A stretch of DNA of 29,769 bases from an uncultured Pseudomonadales bacterium (lineage in GTDB: Bacteria; Patescibacteriota; Microgenomatia; UBA1400; PJMF01), in NCBI GenBank assembly GCA_964596995.1, contig CAZQWI010000001.1, forward strand, positions 1 through 29,769, in the 5' to 3' direction. The notes beneath the pieces are model-generated. The model searched no databases. It saw nothing but the letters and a program-made list of their open reading frames with translations, and was not told the DNA's origin. A program made the translations under genes and the position numbers. This document shows, piece by piece, positions 9,103 through 18,213 of this stretch (within the stretch, counting starts at the first letter, position 1; the number at the start of each line of letters is the position of its first letter).

Positions 9103-9798
9103 CTAAAAGTGAATTAAAAGAATCATCCCCCAAACCGTATGCGTAATAATCAAAGGATAGATATTTTTTTCTCGTTCAAACAACATAGCCTGGCCAAAAC
9201 CAAATAAATACAACAAGAAAATCATAAATGTTGCATCCAATCCAGAAAATCTAAGAATAATGTTTGGTAAATGAAATACTAGAAAGATTAAACTTGAGAA
9301 AAATATGATTTTCCCCCTTTTATTCTTATGCCAGAATCCAGATAAAACCGACTGAATAAATCCAAAGAAAAATAAACTTTCCCAAAAAGCTGTCAAAGAT
9401 GCTAATAATAGCTCGAACCAAAAATTATCTGCCATAAAAACTGGAGCAGAGATAAGAGTACTCTGATTTTTAATCGAGATAAATGTCAAACCAACAAAAC
9501 CAATTATTCCACCATAAGCTAAGCCTCTCAGCAGACCCCTGAACAGTTGTTGATAATCAAAAGCTTTGACTATGTTTTTATTTCTAGAAGAATTGACAAA
9601 AATCAAAACAGGTAAACCAAAAAACACTGCCTTACCAAATGTTTCATCGAATAAAACTGAAAAGTTAAATAGATATCGATACAAAATCCAAAAGGATAGC
9701 GTAAGAGACACTAAAGCTGCAAACAGGCTTTTTGATTGAGCACCTATTTTTTCTTGGACAATATTACTGTTTTTTTTCTTGGATAGCATTGATGACAA
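9103..9798 (-). CDS. CPBP/Abi (CAAX protease-like) intramembrane protein with degenerate motifs
   Basis: Multi-TM. WESLFFFG occupies the EExxxR position, FLVFH matches FxxxH, and HTVWG occupies the HxxxN position. Confidence 0.7.
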   Translation of the reverse strand: MSSMLSKKKNSNIVQEKIGAQSKSLFAALVSLTLSFWILYRYLFNFSVLFDETFGKAVFFGLPVLIFVNSSRNKNIVKAFDYQQLFRGLLRGLAYGGIIGFVGLTFISIKNQSTLISAPVFMADNFWFELLLASLTAFWESLFFFGFIQSVLSGFWHKNKRGKIIFFSSLIFLVFHLPNIILRFSGLDATFMIFLLYLFGFGQAMLFEREKNIYPLIITHTVWGMILLIHF

Positions 9799-10396
9799 TC
9801 TCTAAAGCTTGTTGTTGATTATGAGAGTAAGTATCTATGACTACATCATAAAGTTCTGGCCTCCAAAAATCAATTGGTTCATCTGCGTTGATTTTTCCTG
9901 ATTCAACGACCCAATCTTTCCACTCTTGAGAGTATAGTCTGGTCCATTTGTTTAAATTTGTTTTGTATCGATTATGAATATGCAATTTTGCTTCTTCAAC
10001 ATTAACTTCATCTCGATTAACAATCCGATCAACCCTAACTGAATCATCGCTGCAAACAACTAGCACTTTACACACTCCATTTACTCCTTGTGCCAAGAAT
10101 CCTGAAAGCCAAGATTCAATAATCCACCTTTCTTGTTCAGCCAACTTTTCTCTAATTCCCATATCTATTTGTCGATCAAAGTCATCTCCATAAGCCACAG
10201 CATCGTGATGAATTTTTTTTGAGTCATCATATAAACCCTTCTCAACAGCATACTTTCTCATAAACTCGCCACCACTAAAACCTGTCCAGCCATCAAATTT
10301 TAAAGAGTTTTTTAATAATGATAATAAAGTTGTTGATCCTGATCCAGGTAAACCTGAAATGGTAATATTTTTGTACTTATAGCTGTTTTTTTCCAT
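9764..10396 (-). CDS. Archaeal-type cytidylate-kinase-like P-loop protein (Walker A Lys replaced by Ser)
   Basis: ITISGLPGSGSTT, S.GEFMR, D..ID, IIESWL, VR..RI..RD and LYDVVIDT follow the archaeal CMK layout. Confidence 0.8.
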   Translation of the reverse strand: MEKNSYKYKNITISGLPGSGSTTLLSLLKNSLKFDGWTGFSGGEFMRKYAVEKGLYDDSKKIHHDAVAYGDDFDRQIDMGIREKLAEQERWIIESWLSGFLAQGVNGVCKVLVVCSDDSVRVDRIVNRDEVNVEEAKLHIHNRYKTNLNKWTRLYSQEWKDWVVESGKINADEPIDFWRPELYDVVIDTYSHNQQQALEIVINAIQEKKQ

Positions 10397-10423
10397 ATTT
10401 TTTTAGTTGGTTGATAATTGATC

Positions 10424-10894
10424 TCATTGTAAACAGGCAACAGCCTCTCTCATAGCCAAATTTAATTCCTCAACTTTACTTTTTGCATCAGCCAAAGACA
10501 AAAGTCCCTGATCTTTAGGAAAAAAGTGAAAGACTCGATTTCTGCAGTGTAACCACGCATCCCACAGCTGACGAGCAACATTTCCATTGCAGTATCGAGA
10601 TACATCATCATATATCCAATATTTATCTCTCTGATTATATGAAACGTCTGGATTTAGGGCTCGACCAATTCTAAAACGCCTGCCTTCATAAGTTTCAACA
10701 GAAATAAGTCTCAAATCCAAAAAGAATTTCTTAAGAAAGCCCTCATATGCTTTTGCCATCGGAAAAACAATAAAAGAGTAATCAACAAAATAGTCATTAT
10801 TGTTTTCTTGTTGCTTAATTAATTTAGAAGTCGTATCAACAAGTTGTCTTTGCCAATCTGTTAGATAACTATACCAATTTTCTGAAGAGAACAT
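10424..10894 (-). CDS. RnlA/RNase LS-like HEPN-domain protein
   Basis: DYSFIVFP..KAYEGFLK resembles the RnlA DY....YP...IEG.LK segment. HEPN R-X4-H motif RNRVFH at 10526-10543. Confidence 0.65.
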   Translation of the reverse strand: MFSSENWYSYLTDWQRQLVDTTSKLIKQQENNNDYFVDYSFIVFPMAKAYEGFLKKFFLDLRLISVETYEGRRFRIGRALNPDVSYNQRDKYWIYDDVSRYCNGNVARQLWDAWLHCRNRVFHFFPKDQGLLSLADAKSKVEELNLAMREAVACLQ

Positions 10895-11037
10895 ATAAAA
10901 AAAATAATTAGAGTCGATTTATAAAAAATACATTATAATGGAGAGATTATTTTATTTAAAGCGTGTTGAGTTATTATTTCTCAATATTACTTAGTGAAAA
11001 CTAACTACACAATCTGATACAGGTATAACCTACTCTA

Positions 11038-13512
11038 ATGAAAAAAATTAAAGATGTTTTTATTGGTAAACAAACATTTCCAGAAAAATCCAATAAAAAT
11101 AAAAAAGCTAGAATCACAAAAATCTTGTCAAAAACTAGAAAAGTTTTTTCATTTCTTGCCTGGCCAAAAAAACTGTTTACTAAATTCAAGAGAAAACCAA
11201 AAAAACAGATTTACGCTGTAGAAGGAAGTTGGCACGCTAAACACCCAAAGATTGTTCGATTTTTTATAATTATTTTATTTCCACTTATTAATCCGATCTT
11301 CCGCACTCTGATTTTAGTAACTCTTTCATTGTTTGCAGCGGGTTTAATCTACTTATCTCAGCAGCTTCCTAGCCCGAAGATGATTGTTGTCAATGAAAGA
11401 TACGATGTTAGTACCCAAATTTTTGATAGAAATAATGAGCTTTTATATGAGATTTACGGCGACACCAATCGAATTCCAATTTCTCTTTCTGATCTTCCAG
11501 ATCATTTGATCCAAGCAACAATCTCCATTGAGGATAAAAGGTTTTATCGTCACTATGGCGTTGATTTAGAAGGAATTGGTCGTGCATTTATTCGTAATCT
11601 TAATCAAGATCAGCAGCAAGGAGGCTCAACAATTACTCAGCAACTGGTTAAAAATGCACTACTGACTCCAGAAAAAACCCTGACGAGAAAAATAAAAGAG
11701 GCCATTCTCGCTGTCATGACTGAGTTTGTCTACACTAAAGATGAAATTCTTGAAATGTATCTAAATTATATTTCCTACGGAGGAACATCTGTTGGAATAG
11801 AGGCTGCAAGTCAAGCATATTTTAATAAGTCCGCTAGCGAGCTTACTTTAGCAGAATCATCGTTGCTAGCAGGACTTCCACAAGCACCAACCCGATACTC
11901 TCCGTTTGGCTCGAACCCAGAACAAGCTAAAGCTAGGCAGGCTGACGTGTTGCGAAGAATGGTTGAGGAGGGTTACATTACCTCACTCCAAGCCGAGGAG
12001 GCTCTTTCTGAACCACTAAACTATGCCCTCTCTCACACAGAGATTAAGGCACCGCATTTTGTTTTCTTTGTTCGAGATCTGCTTTATGAAAAGTATGGAG
12101 TTGAAAAAGTAGAACGAGGAGGTCTTCGAGTTTACACTACCCTTGATCTTGAGCTACAAAAAAAGGCACAGGAGATTATCACTCAAGAGGTAGAAAAGAT
12201 AAAAAACTATAAAATCGGAAATGGAGCTGCAGTGATTGTTAAGCCCAACACCGGCGAGATATTAGCCATGGTTGGCTCAAAAGATTATTTTAATGTTGAA
12301 GAAGATGGACAAGTGAATGTTACCATCTCTCATCGACAACCAGGTAGCTCCATTAAGCCAATCACCTATGCCACTACTTTTCAAGAAAAAACTTTAAATC
12401 CTGCAACATTATTAATCGACGAGCCCACTTGTTTTCAAGAACCTGGACAAAAAGCTTACTGCCCGCGCAATTATGACGGAAGTTTTAGAGGAACCGTTAC
12501 CGTTAGACAGTCCTTGGGCAACTCTCTAAACATTCCAGCGGTAAAGGCGCAAGCAACCATCGGAACTCAAGCCCTGATGAACCAAGCTAAAAAGATGGGT
12601 ATCTCAACTTGGCTTGATCCTGTTAATTATGGTCTTTCATTAACCTTGGGTGGCGGGGAGGTGAAGATGATTGATATGGCCCAAGCTTTTGGCGTGTTAG
12701 CAAATCAAGGAGTTAATGTTCCTCTCACCCCCATTATAAAAATTGAAAATTATCGTGGAGAAGTTATTGAAGAGATTGATATCGAAAAAAGAGTCGCTGA
12801 TCTCGATTATCTCAACAACTATGAGGTGTACTCAAAGGTTGGCGATATACAGCGAGTGATGGATCGTGCTCCGGCTTATCTAGTTAGTCATATTTTACAA
12901 GACAACCAAGCTAGAACGATGGTGTTTGGCACAAGATCCCAGCTTGTTATACCCAATCATATCGTCAGCGCAAAAACCGGTACCACTAACGACATGAAGG
13001 ATAACTGGACCATTGGCTATACTCCAGAATATCTAGTCGCAACTTGGGTGGGTAACAATGATGGAAGCTCAATGGGAAGAATGGTATCGGGAATAATGGG
13101 TGCAGCCCCAATGTTCAATCAAGTCATGACTCACGTATTAGAGGGTAAGGAAACAATCTGGCAAGATAAACCAGCAGACGTAGCCATAGGTAAAGTATGT
13201 GCTTCTGGAGTTCCTCCAGAAATGAACGGCGAGCCTTGTGAAGTAAGGGGTGAGGATTATTACTGGACTAAGAGCAAGCCTTCAAGCTCAAAGTTTATTA
13301 GAGAAAATGTGTGGATTGATCCCACCACAGGCCAACCACCACCATATGGAGTTGAGGTTCATGGACTTGAAATACAAGAAAGAGTAATGCTTCAAGACCC
13401 AGTAACAAGCTACTACTGTCATGACTGCCAAGTGGTACAAACCCAAGACAATAAAGAAAACCAACCACGAAAAGTTGTGCTCGTTAGAGACGGAAAAATT
13501 GTTTCAAATTAA
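11038..13512 (+). CDS. Class A penicillin-binding protein (PBP1A family), copy 2
   Basis: EDKRFYRHYG, GGSTITQQLVKN, RKIKE, YLN, GSSIKP, SLN and KTGT motifs; basic N-terminus and a single TM. Confidence 0.95.
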   Translation: MKKIKDVFIGKQTFPEKSNKNKKARITKILSKTRKVFSFLAWPKKLFTKFKRKPKKQIYAVEGSWHAKHPKIVRFFIIILFPLINPIFRTLILVTLSLFAAGLIYLSQQLPSPKMIVVNERYDVSTQIFDRNNELLYEIYGDTNRIPISLSDLPDHLIQATISIEDKRFYRHYGVDLEGIGRAFIRNLNQDQQQGGSTITQQLVKNALLTPEKTLTRKIKEAILAVMTEFVYTKDEILEMYLNYISYGGTSVGIEAASQAYFNKSASELTLAESSLLAGLPQAPTRYSPFGSNPEQAKARQADVLRRMVEEGYITSLQAEEALSEPLNYALSHTEIKAPHFVFFVRDLLYEKYGVEKVERGGLRVYTTLDLELQKKAQEIITQEVEKIKNYKIGNGAAVIVKPNTGEILAMVGSKDYFNVEEDGQVNVTISHRQPGSSIKPITYATTFQEKTLNPATLLIDEPTCFQEPGQKAYCPRNYDGSFRGTVTVRQSLGNSLNIPAVKAQATIGTQALMNQAKKMGISTWLDPVNYGLSLTLGGGEVKMIDMAQAFGVLANQGVNVPLTPIIKIENYRGEVIEEIDIEKRVADLDYLNNYEVYSKVGDIQRVMDRAPAYLVSHILQDNQARTMVFGTRSQLVIPNHIVSAKTGTTNDMKDNWTIGYTPEYLVATWVGNNDGSSMGRMVSGIMGAAPMFNQVMTHVLEGKETIWQDKPADVAIGKVCASGVPPEMNGEPCEVRGEDYYWTKSKPSSSKFIRENVWIDPTTGQPPPYGVEVHGLEIQERVMLQDPVTSYYCHDCQVVQTQDNKENQPRKVVLVRDGKIVSN

Positions 13513-13528
13513 CTAAGTGCTGGCTCTT

Positions 13529-14827
13529 ATGCCAATTTATAAAAAACACCACAATGGCATCATTGTTCAAGCATGGCTTTTTATTAAAAACCGATTGTTT
13601 AAAGATAAACCTCAAAGTTCCAAAAGAAAGAAGGTTAAAATAATAGTCAGCGTATTTTTTTTGCTTGCTTTTGTTGTGGCTTTAACCATATATCATTTGT
13701 GGGAAATACCATTGATCTCTCCATTAACTCAAAACAGCTGGTTAACATTTTCTTCTCCAAAGAAATCAATTTTTACCACATTTTTAAATAATGATCAGCC
13801 AAAAGTAGTTTATGGTTTTTTACCTTATTGGAACATTGATTCTGTTCAAATTCAGCCAGAATTAACCCACTTGAGTTATTTTGGACTAAATATTAATGAA
13901 GATGGAACGATAGCTACTAAAGACGCAGATGGCAACATTCATCCAGGATATAGACGCCTAGATTCTGATCAATTGCTTGAACTAGCAAATCAAGTTTATG
14001 ATGACAACAGCCAGTTTGAGATAACTTTGGTCCAATTTGAAGCAGATACAATTGTAAAAATAGCAAATGATGTCGAAGCTCATGAAAATTTATTAGCTTC
14101 AATTGATGCTATATTGCTCTCAAATCCTGTTAGCGGTATTAATATCGACATTGAATACGGAGGCACAATCACACAAGAGTTAAGAGATAATTTTGCCTCA
14201 CTAATTGAAAAAATAGATCAGCATTTAGATAAAAAATATGATCATGTCACCCTCTCAATTGATATGTACGCTAGCGCCTCAAACAACAAACAACTCTGGG
14301 ACGTACCAAGAATTGCTAATTCAGTTGATTATATTGTCGTAATGGCCTATGACTTTCACCGTCGGGGTTCATCGCAAGCAGGGCCAGTTGCTCCTCTATT
14401 TGGAGGAAAAGAAAAGTGGGATACCGATATTCATCAACATTTAAGAGAGTATCTAAGATATGTTCCCAGAGAGAAGTTGCTACTTGGCATACCATTTTAT
14501 GGCTATGGATGGCAAACCGATTCTCATTCTCCACAGGCAAATGCTTTTCCAGATACTGGTTTCACCGCAACCTATACCTATGTACAGAAACTTCTTAATG
14601 ATCAAGAAAAAAACAATGTGCAGACTGGTTGGGATGATGAGGCCTTGTGTCCATATCTGTCATATGAAGAAGATGAGGAGATATTTATGATCTATTACGA
14701 AGATATCACATCAATCAGCTACAAACTCGAATATGTTCGGCAGTTAGATTTAGCTGGTATAGCAATTTGGGCGCTAGGATATGAAGGAGAACAGAGAGAT
14801 CTGTGGAGTCCTATTTCAAAATTGTAA
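13529..14827 (+). CDS. Membrane-anchored glycoside hydrolase family 18
   Basis: N-terminal TM; VYGFLPYW, GINIDIE (NxDxE), VMAYDFH, LGIPFYG and IAIWALGYE. Start is ATG 13529 or GTG 13517. Confidence 0.85.
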   Translation: MPIYKKHHNGIIVQAWLFIKNRLFKDKPQSSKRKKVKIIVSVFFLLAFVVALTIYHLWEIPLISPLTQNSWLTFSSPKKSIFTTFLNNDQPKVVYGFLPYWNIDSVQIQPELTHLSYFGLNINEDGTIATKDADGNIHPGYRRLDSDQLLELANQVYDDNSQFEITLVQFEADTIVKIANDVEAHENLLASIDAILLSNPVSGINIDIEYGGTITQELRDNFASLIEKIDQHLDKKYDHVTLSIDMYASASNNKQLWDVPRIANSVDYIVVMAYDFHRRGSSQAGPVAPLFGGKEKWDTDIHQHLREYLRYVPREKLLLGIPFYGYGWQTDSHSPQANAFPDTGFTATYTYVQKLLNDQEKNNVQTGWDDEALCPYLSYEEDEEIFMIYYEDITSISYKLEYVRQLDLAGIAIWALGYEGEQRDLWSPISKL

Positions 14828-14851
14828 AACTTAGCTACAAGATATTGTTTT

Positions 14852-16390
14852 TTATTCTTCCTCAAGTTCCGTAGCCAACCACCAACTCCACGATCCCATT
14901 AGAATAAAAAATCCTCCTGCCAAGGCTACCAAAAGCGTAGCTCCGATTGAACCTGCCTCTGTCAAAGAGCTGTCAGTTCCAACCGGTTGTTTACGAGTTG
15001 CTGAGGTAGATTCGGTTGCAGTAGTTGATTTGGTGGCCACAGGAATAGTCGGTGTTGGACTTGGAGTATTCATTGGATAAGGACTTCCCGAACCATAGGG
15101 CTGAGATGTTGGAGAAGGAGTTGGACTGCTGGTAACGACAACAGTTGGTGATGGACTGCTTGCCTGAGCCAGCAATACTTTATCTGGATCTTCAACCAAA
15201 AATGTTTCTGTTACCGTCACCTCTTCGCCAGAATCTGGATCAAGATAACTATATGTTACTGTATGCTCTCCTGGTTCCAACTCTAATCCCAGCTCCTCAA
15301 GACTCAGTTTAAATGAGCCATCATCATCTGTGGTTAATGTGGTTTCATAATTTGTTTCTGAGTGAACACTTATCTTTACTTCCACATTAGGTTTAGCCGC
15401 ACCAATTATTTCTGGACTTGGATTAGTAACCCTTGGTTCAGCAGAGGCTTCTCCCAAAATCAACTCTGAACTTGCGGTGCTTTCGGTTGGCAACGGGTCA
15501 GCATCATCTAACAGCTCCAGCAATCTTCCGCTAATCGTTGCCTCTTCTTGATCTTCCTGTTCAGGCTCGGTTAGTTGAGCTTCTTGAGAAGCTTGATCTG
15601 TGTCAGGCTCGACTTCATCGACTCCTGTTTCTAAATCATCTTGAGACGCTTGTTCATATACTTGTCCAAATGTTAACTCTTCGACTGGCTGAGCATCCGC
15701 TACAGTAGTCTGATACTTGATTTTATCAGTGATCTTTTCTCCCTGAACTAATAATTCTAGAAAGTCAGCTTCTTCTAATCCTGCATAATCAGTTCCTTCT
15801 TTATTTAAAGATTGAGATAGCGGTACTGCCCAGCTTCCGGAACCCTTAACCAAAGCTGATAAATCTCCCATTTGTTCAGAAGAGAGATAAACAATTGAAC
15901 CATCTGCAGGAGTACCTCCTTCTCGCGAAATACTTCCATAAACGGTAATGGCTGGTGGCATCTGAGAGCTAATTTTAGCCGGAATTTTGATTGAAAAAGG
16001 TTCTCCTTCATTGTCATACTCAGTCTTTGAGTCTGTACCTAGAATAAAGAAGTACTCTCTGGCTGACTCAAGTCCTCTGACGGTAATATGATGAAGATTA
16101 TAATCTTCAACTGTGCCTGATAATTGATCGCGATCGTCACTAACTTGTGAGTTTAATTTTGCAGGATCAGTTCCATATTTAACAAAGCCAGAGGTAGCTT
16201 TTTCTGTAAGAAATGTAACTGTGAAACCACTGTCAGTCAGATTAGTAATTCTGATGTTTTTCGGCATCGTTTCTGCAGTGGCTCTTGGAGCAAATACGCC
16301 TGTTCCATCACCAAAAAATAGCAAACCTGATATCAGCGCTCCCAATAAAACTAAAAGTCCTACAATTGTAGGAATTCGTTTTTTCATCAT
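14852..16390 (-). CDS. Cell-surface protein with Fn3-like and Ig-like domains, S/T/P linker and C-terminal TM
   Basis: N-terminal TM (RIPTIVGLL), Fn3-like segment (ITNLTDSGFTVTF...H.ITVRGL...YFF), Big-like segment (P.I.G.A.PN..V.I), acidic and TPSPT-rich linkers, then LTEAG plus a hydrophobic helix. Start 16390 preferred. Confidence 0.75.
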   Translation of the reverse strand: MMKKRIPTIVGLLVLLGALISGLLFFGDGTGVFAPRATAETMPKNIRITNLTDSGFTVTFLTEKATSGFVKYGTDPAKLNSQVSDDRDQLSGTVEDYNLHHITVRGLESAREYFFILGTDSKTEYDNEGEPFSIKIPAKISSQMPPAITVYGSISREGGTPADGSIVYLSSEQMGDLSALVKGSGSWAVPLSQSLNKEGTDYAGLEEADFLELLVQGEKITDKIKYQTTVADAQPVEELTFGQVYEQASQDDLETGVDEVEPDTDQASQEAQLTEPEQEDQEEATISGRLLELLDDADPLPTESTASSELILGEASAEPRVTNPSPEIIGAAKPNVEVKISVHSETNYETTLTTDDDGSFKLSLEELGLELEPGEHTVTYSYLDPDSGEEVTVTETFLVEDPDKVLLAQASSPSPTVVVTSSPTPSPTSQPYGSGSPYPMNTPSPTPTIPVATKSTTATESTSATRKQPVGTDSSLTEAGSIGATLLVALAGGFFILMGSWSWWLATELEEE

Positions 16391-16557
16391 CGAATTTTTT
16401 ACTGAACTTTTTGCGAACATAAATTAGAATCAATATGCAATAGATAGTACTTTCAGTTTACGTTATGATCCACTAGTTTGACAAGGCGAATAAAATAAGA
16501 AACTCGATATAAATTGATAGTTTTTGAATACATTTGTTATACTTTTTATAAAAACCT

Positions 16558-17049
16558 TCATAGCATTTCTTCATTAAGCACCTCTTGATTACCCACAGAT
16601 TCCTCATTCGTTTGATCATCATTCAGCACGTCACCTTCGGAGAGCTGTTGAAGCTGAGAAGGACTATCATTAAACTCAGCTTGATCTTCTGGTTGAAGAG
16701 GTTCAATAATCTCGATGGTTTGTTGATTAACAACATCCACCAACTTAGGCACATCGCTTTGCTCATCATCAACTAATACAAAAATAGAAAATGATTCAAG
16801 CTCTTCATCAAGTAGGTATCTCTTTGCTGGAATCGAGCTCAGAACCCCTTGATCTAAAGTAGGAGTTAAGGGTTTAGCAAGTTCGCGTAGTTGCTGGCTG
16901 ATAATCTGTTCTTTTTTAGGGGAAAGAATACTGACCACAATCCAAAAAAATACAGATGCAATCGCCAAAATTAAAATCCAAAGTAATTTTGTTTCTTGTC
17001 TGAGCTTAACAAATTTTTTAGTATTTTTATTTTTCATTTTACTGTCCAA
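16558..17049 (-). CDS. Single-TM hypothetical protein downstream of pilO, with acidic C-terminus
   Basis: One TM, LAKPLTPTLD segment and an E/D/Q-rich tail. Overlaps the pilO stop, implying co-transcription. Confidence 0.6.
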   Translation of the reverse strand: MDSKMKNKNTKKFVKLRQETKLLWILILAIASVFFWIVVSILSPKKEQIISQQLRELAKPLTPTLDQGVLSSIPAKRYLLDEELESFSIFVLVDDEQSDVPKLVDVVNQQTIEIIEPLQPEDQAEFNDSPSQLQQLSEGDVLNDDQTNEESVGNQEVLNEEML

Positions 17050-17650
17050 AGTATGGAGTTCTTACCGATAAAGTTGCATTTAATTGTTGAGTGGTCACCA
17101 AATCATCTACTGTAAATCTAATCTCTTCCACAACGATCATCCTTCGATATTGATGTAAATTACTCATAAAGTCTCTAATTGAAGGATAATCTCCTGTTAC
17201 TTTTATTGAAAAATATAAATCAATTCTCTCGAGAGTTGCGCTGTCTTTTGTGTGGCTAATTTCATCAGGAATTTCTGGAATTCTTATTGAGGAGATAACC
17301 ACGTTGTTCTCGGCAGCCAATTTCTCAATAACTTTAAGGGTCTTTACCAACTCAGGTCTACTGGGTATGGCCTGATCTAACAACTGAATTTCAGACGATA
17401 ATCTTTGATACTCATCCTGAGCAGTAGATAGAGCAGCAATTTTTTTTTGCAACTGTTGGTCAAGTTCTTTTTTTTCATTAATTTCAGTTATCAATCCAGA
17501 AATCGTTTGCAGAGTGGGACGAATTGCTAAAACTGCAAAAAAAATAATAGCAAACAATGAGAAAATTAGTTCTAAAGATACACCGGCAATTGGGTTACTA
17601 TAAAACTTTGCTAAAGCTTTTGATATTTCTTTTTGATCAATTGTAGCCAT
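17039..17650 (-). CDS. pilO: Type IV pilus assembly protein PilO-like
   Basis: TM, coiled coil, then IP..PE, V.GDY.SIRDF..NL....RMIVVEEI ferredoxin-like pattern; follows pilN. Confidence 0.8.
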   Translation of the reverse strand: MATIDQKEISKALAKFYSNPIAGVSLELIFSLFAIIFFAVLAIRPTLQTISGLITEINEKKELDQQLQKKIAALSTAQDEYQRLSSEIQLLDQAIPSRPELVKTLKVIEKLAAENNVVISSIRIPEIPDEISHTKDSATLERIDLYFSIKVTGDYPSIRDFMSNLHQYRRMIVVEEIRFTVDDLVTTQQLNATLSVRTPYFGQ

Positions 17651-17652
17651 TA

Positions 17653-18213
17653 TTATTTCTTTTCTAGAGTATAACTACTACTAAATTGAATCTCGAAGCC
17701 AGCTCTTTTTTCATCTCGAGACTCTATTCTGCTGACATTAATATTTGAAAAATAAGTAGATATCTGAAGATTGCTAATAAAGTTGTTAAGAGCTGCATTA
17801 GACATCGCCAACCCTTCCCCAGAAAGAGAGTTCTGCCCAATGCTAAGTTTCTGTAACTTAACTCCATCTGGAACTACTTTCTGCAAAAGTGCAAAAACCT
17901 CAATTAAATTGCTTTGTTGACCAAGTTGAGAAACATTTTGAATTTTTGATTGAGCCAACCTAAACTCTTTCTCAAACTCTGACTGAGATTGAACAATCAT
18001 CTCTTTTTGAAAAATTGACTCGTTTAAGTCTGTAACTTTTCTATCCAGCACAAATCTAGACCCAAAACTGGCTATCACTATCAGTTCTGTAAAGATGACA
18101 ATATATCTACCAACATTTAGAGACCAGTTTAGAAAACGACCCAACCCAGTTTTAAAAAATGGATCTTGAGGAAGAAGGTTAAAATAATACTTTTGTTTTT
18201 TTTGCTTTGGCAT
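17653..18213 (-). CDS. pilN: Type IV pilus assembly protein PilN-like
   Basis: FNLLP before the TM, coiled coil, VPDGVKLQKLSI, G.A.SN.A...FISNL..S.YF.NI.V. Start ATG 18213 (or TTG 18231). Confidence 0.8.
   Translation of the reverse strand: MPKQKKQKYYFNLLPQDPFFKTGLGRFLNWSLNVGRYIVIFTELIVIASFGSRFVLDRKVTDLNESIFQKEMIVQSQSEFEKEFRLAQSKIQNVSQLGQQSNLIEVFALLQKVVPDGVKLQKLSIGQNSLSGEGLAMSNAALNNFISNLQISTYFSNINVSRIESRDEKRAGFEIQFSSSYTLEKK

Noticed and set aside
11001-11189. 62-aa minus-strand ORF as antitoxin for the HEPN gene
   Set aside because: Mostly antisense to the Lys-rich PBP start, giving a Phe/Leu-rich mirror translation; no RnlB resemblance.
16478-16513. Plus-strand TTGACA as an antisense promoter
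   Set aside because: No -10 at 16-18 nt spacing; the nearest TATAAA is 24 nt away.
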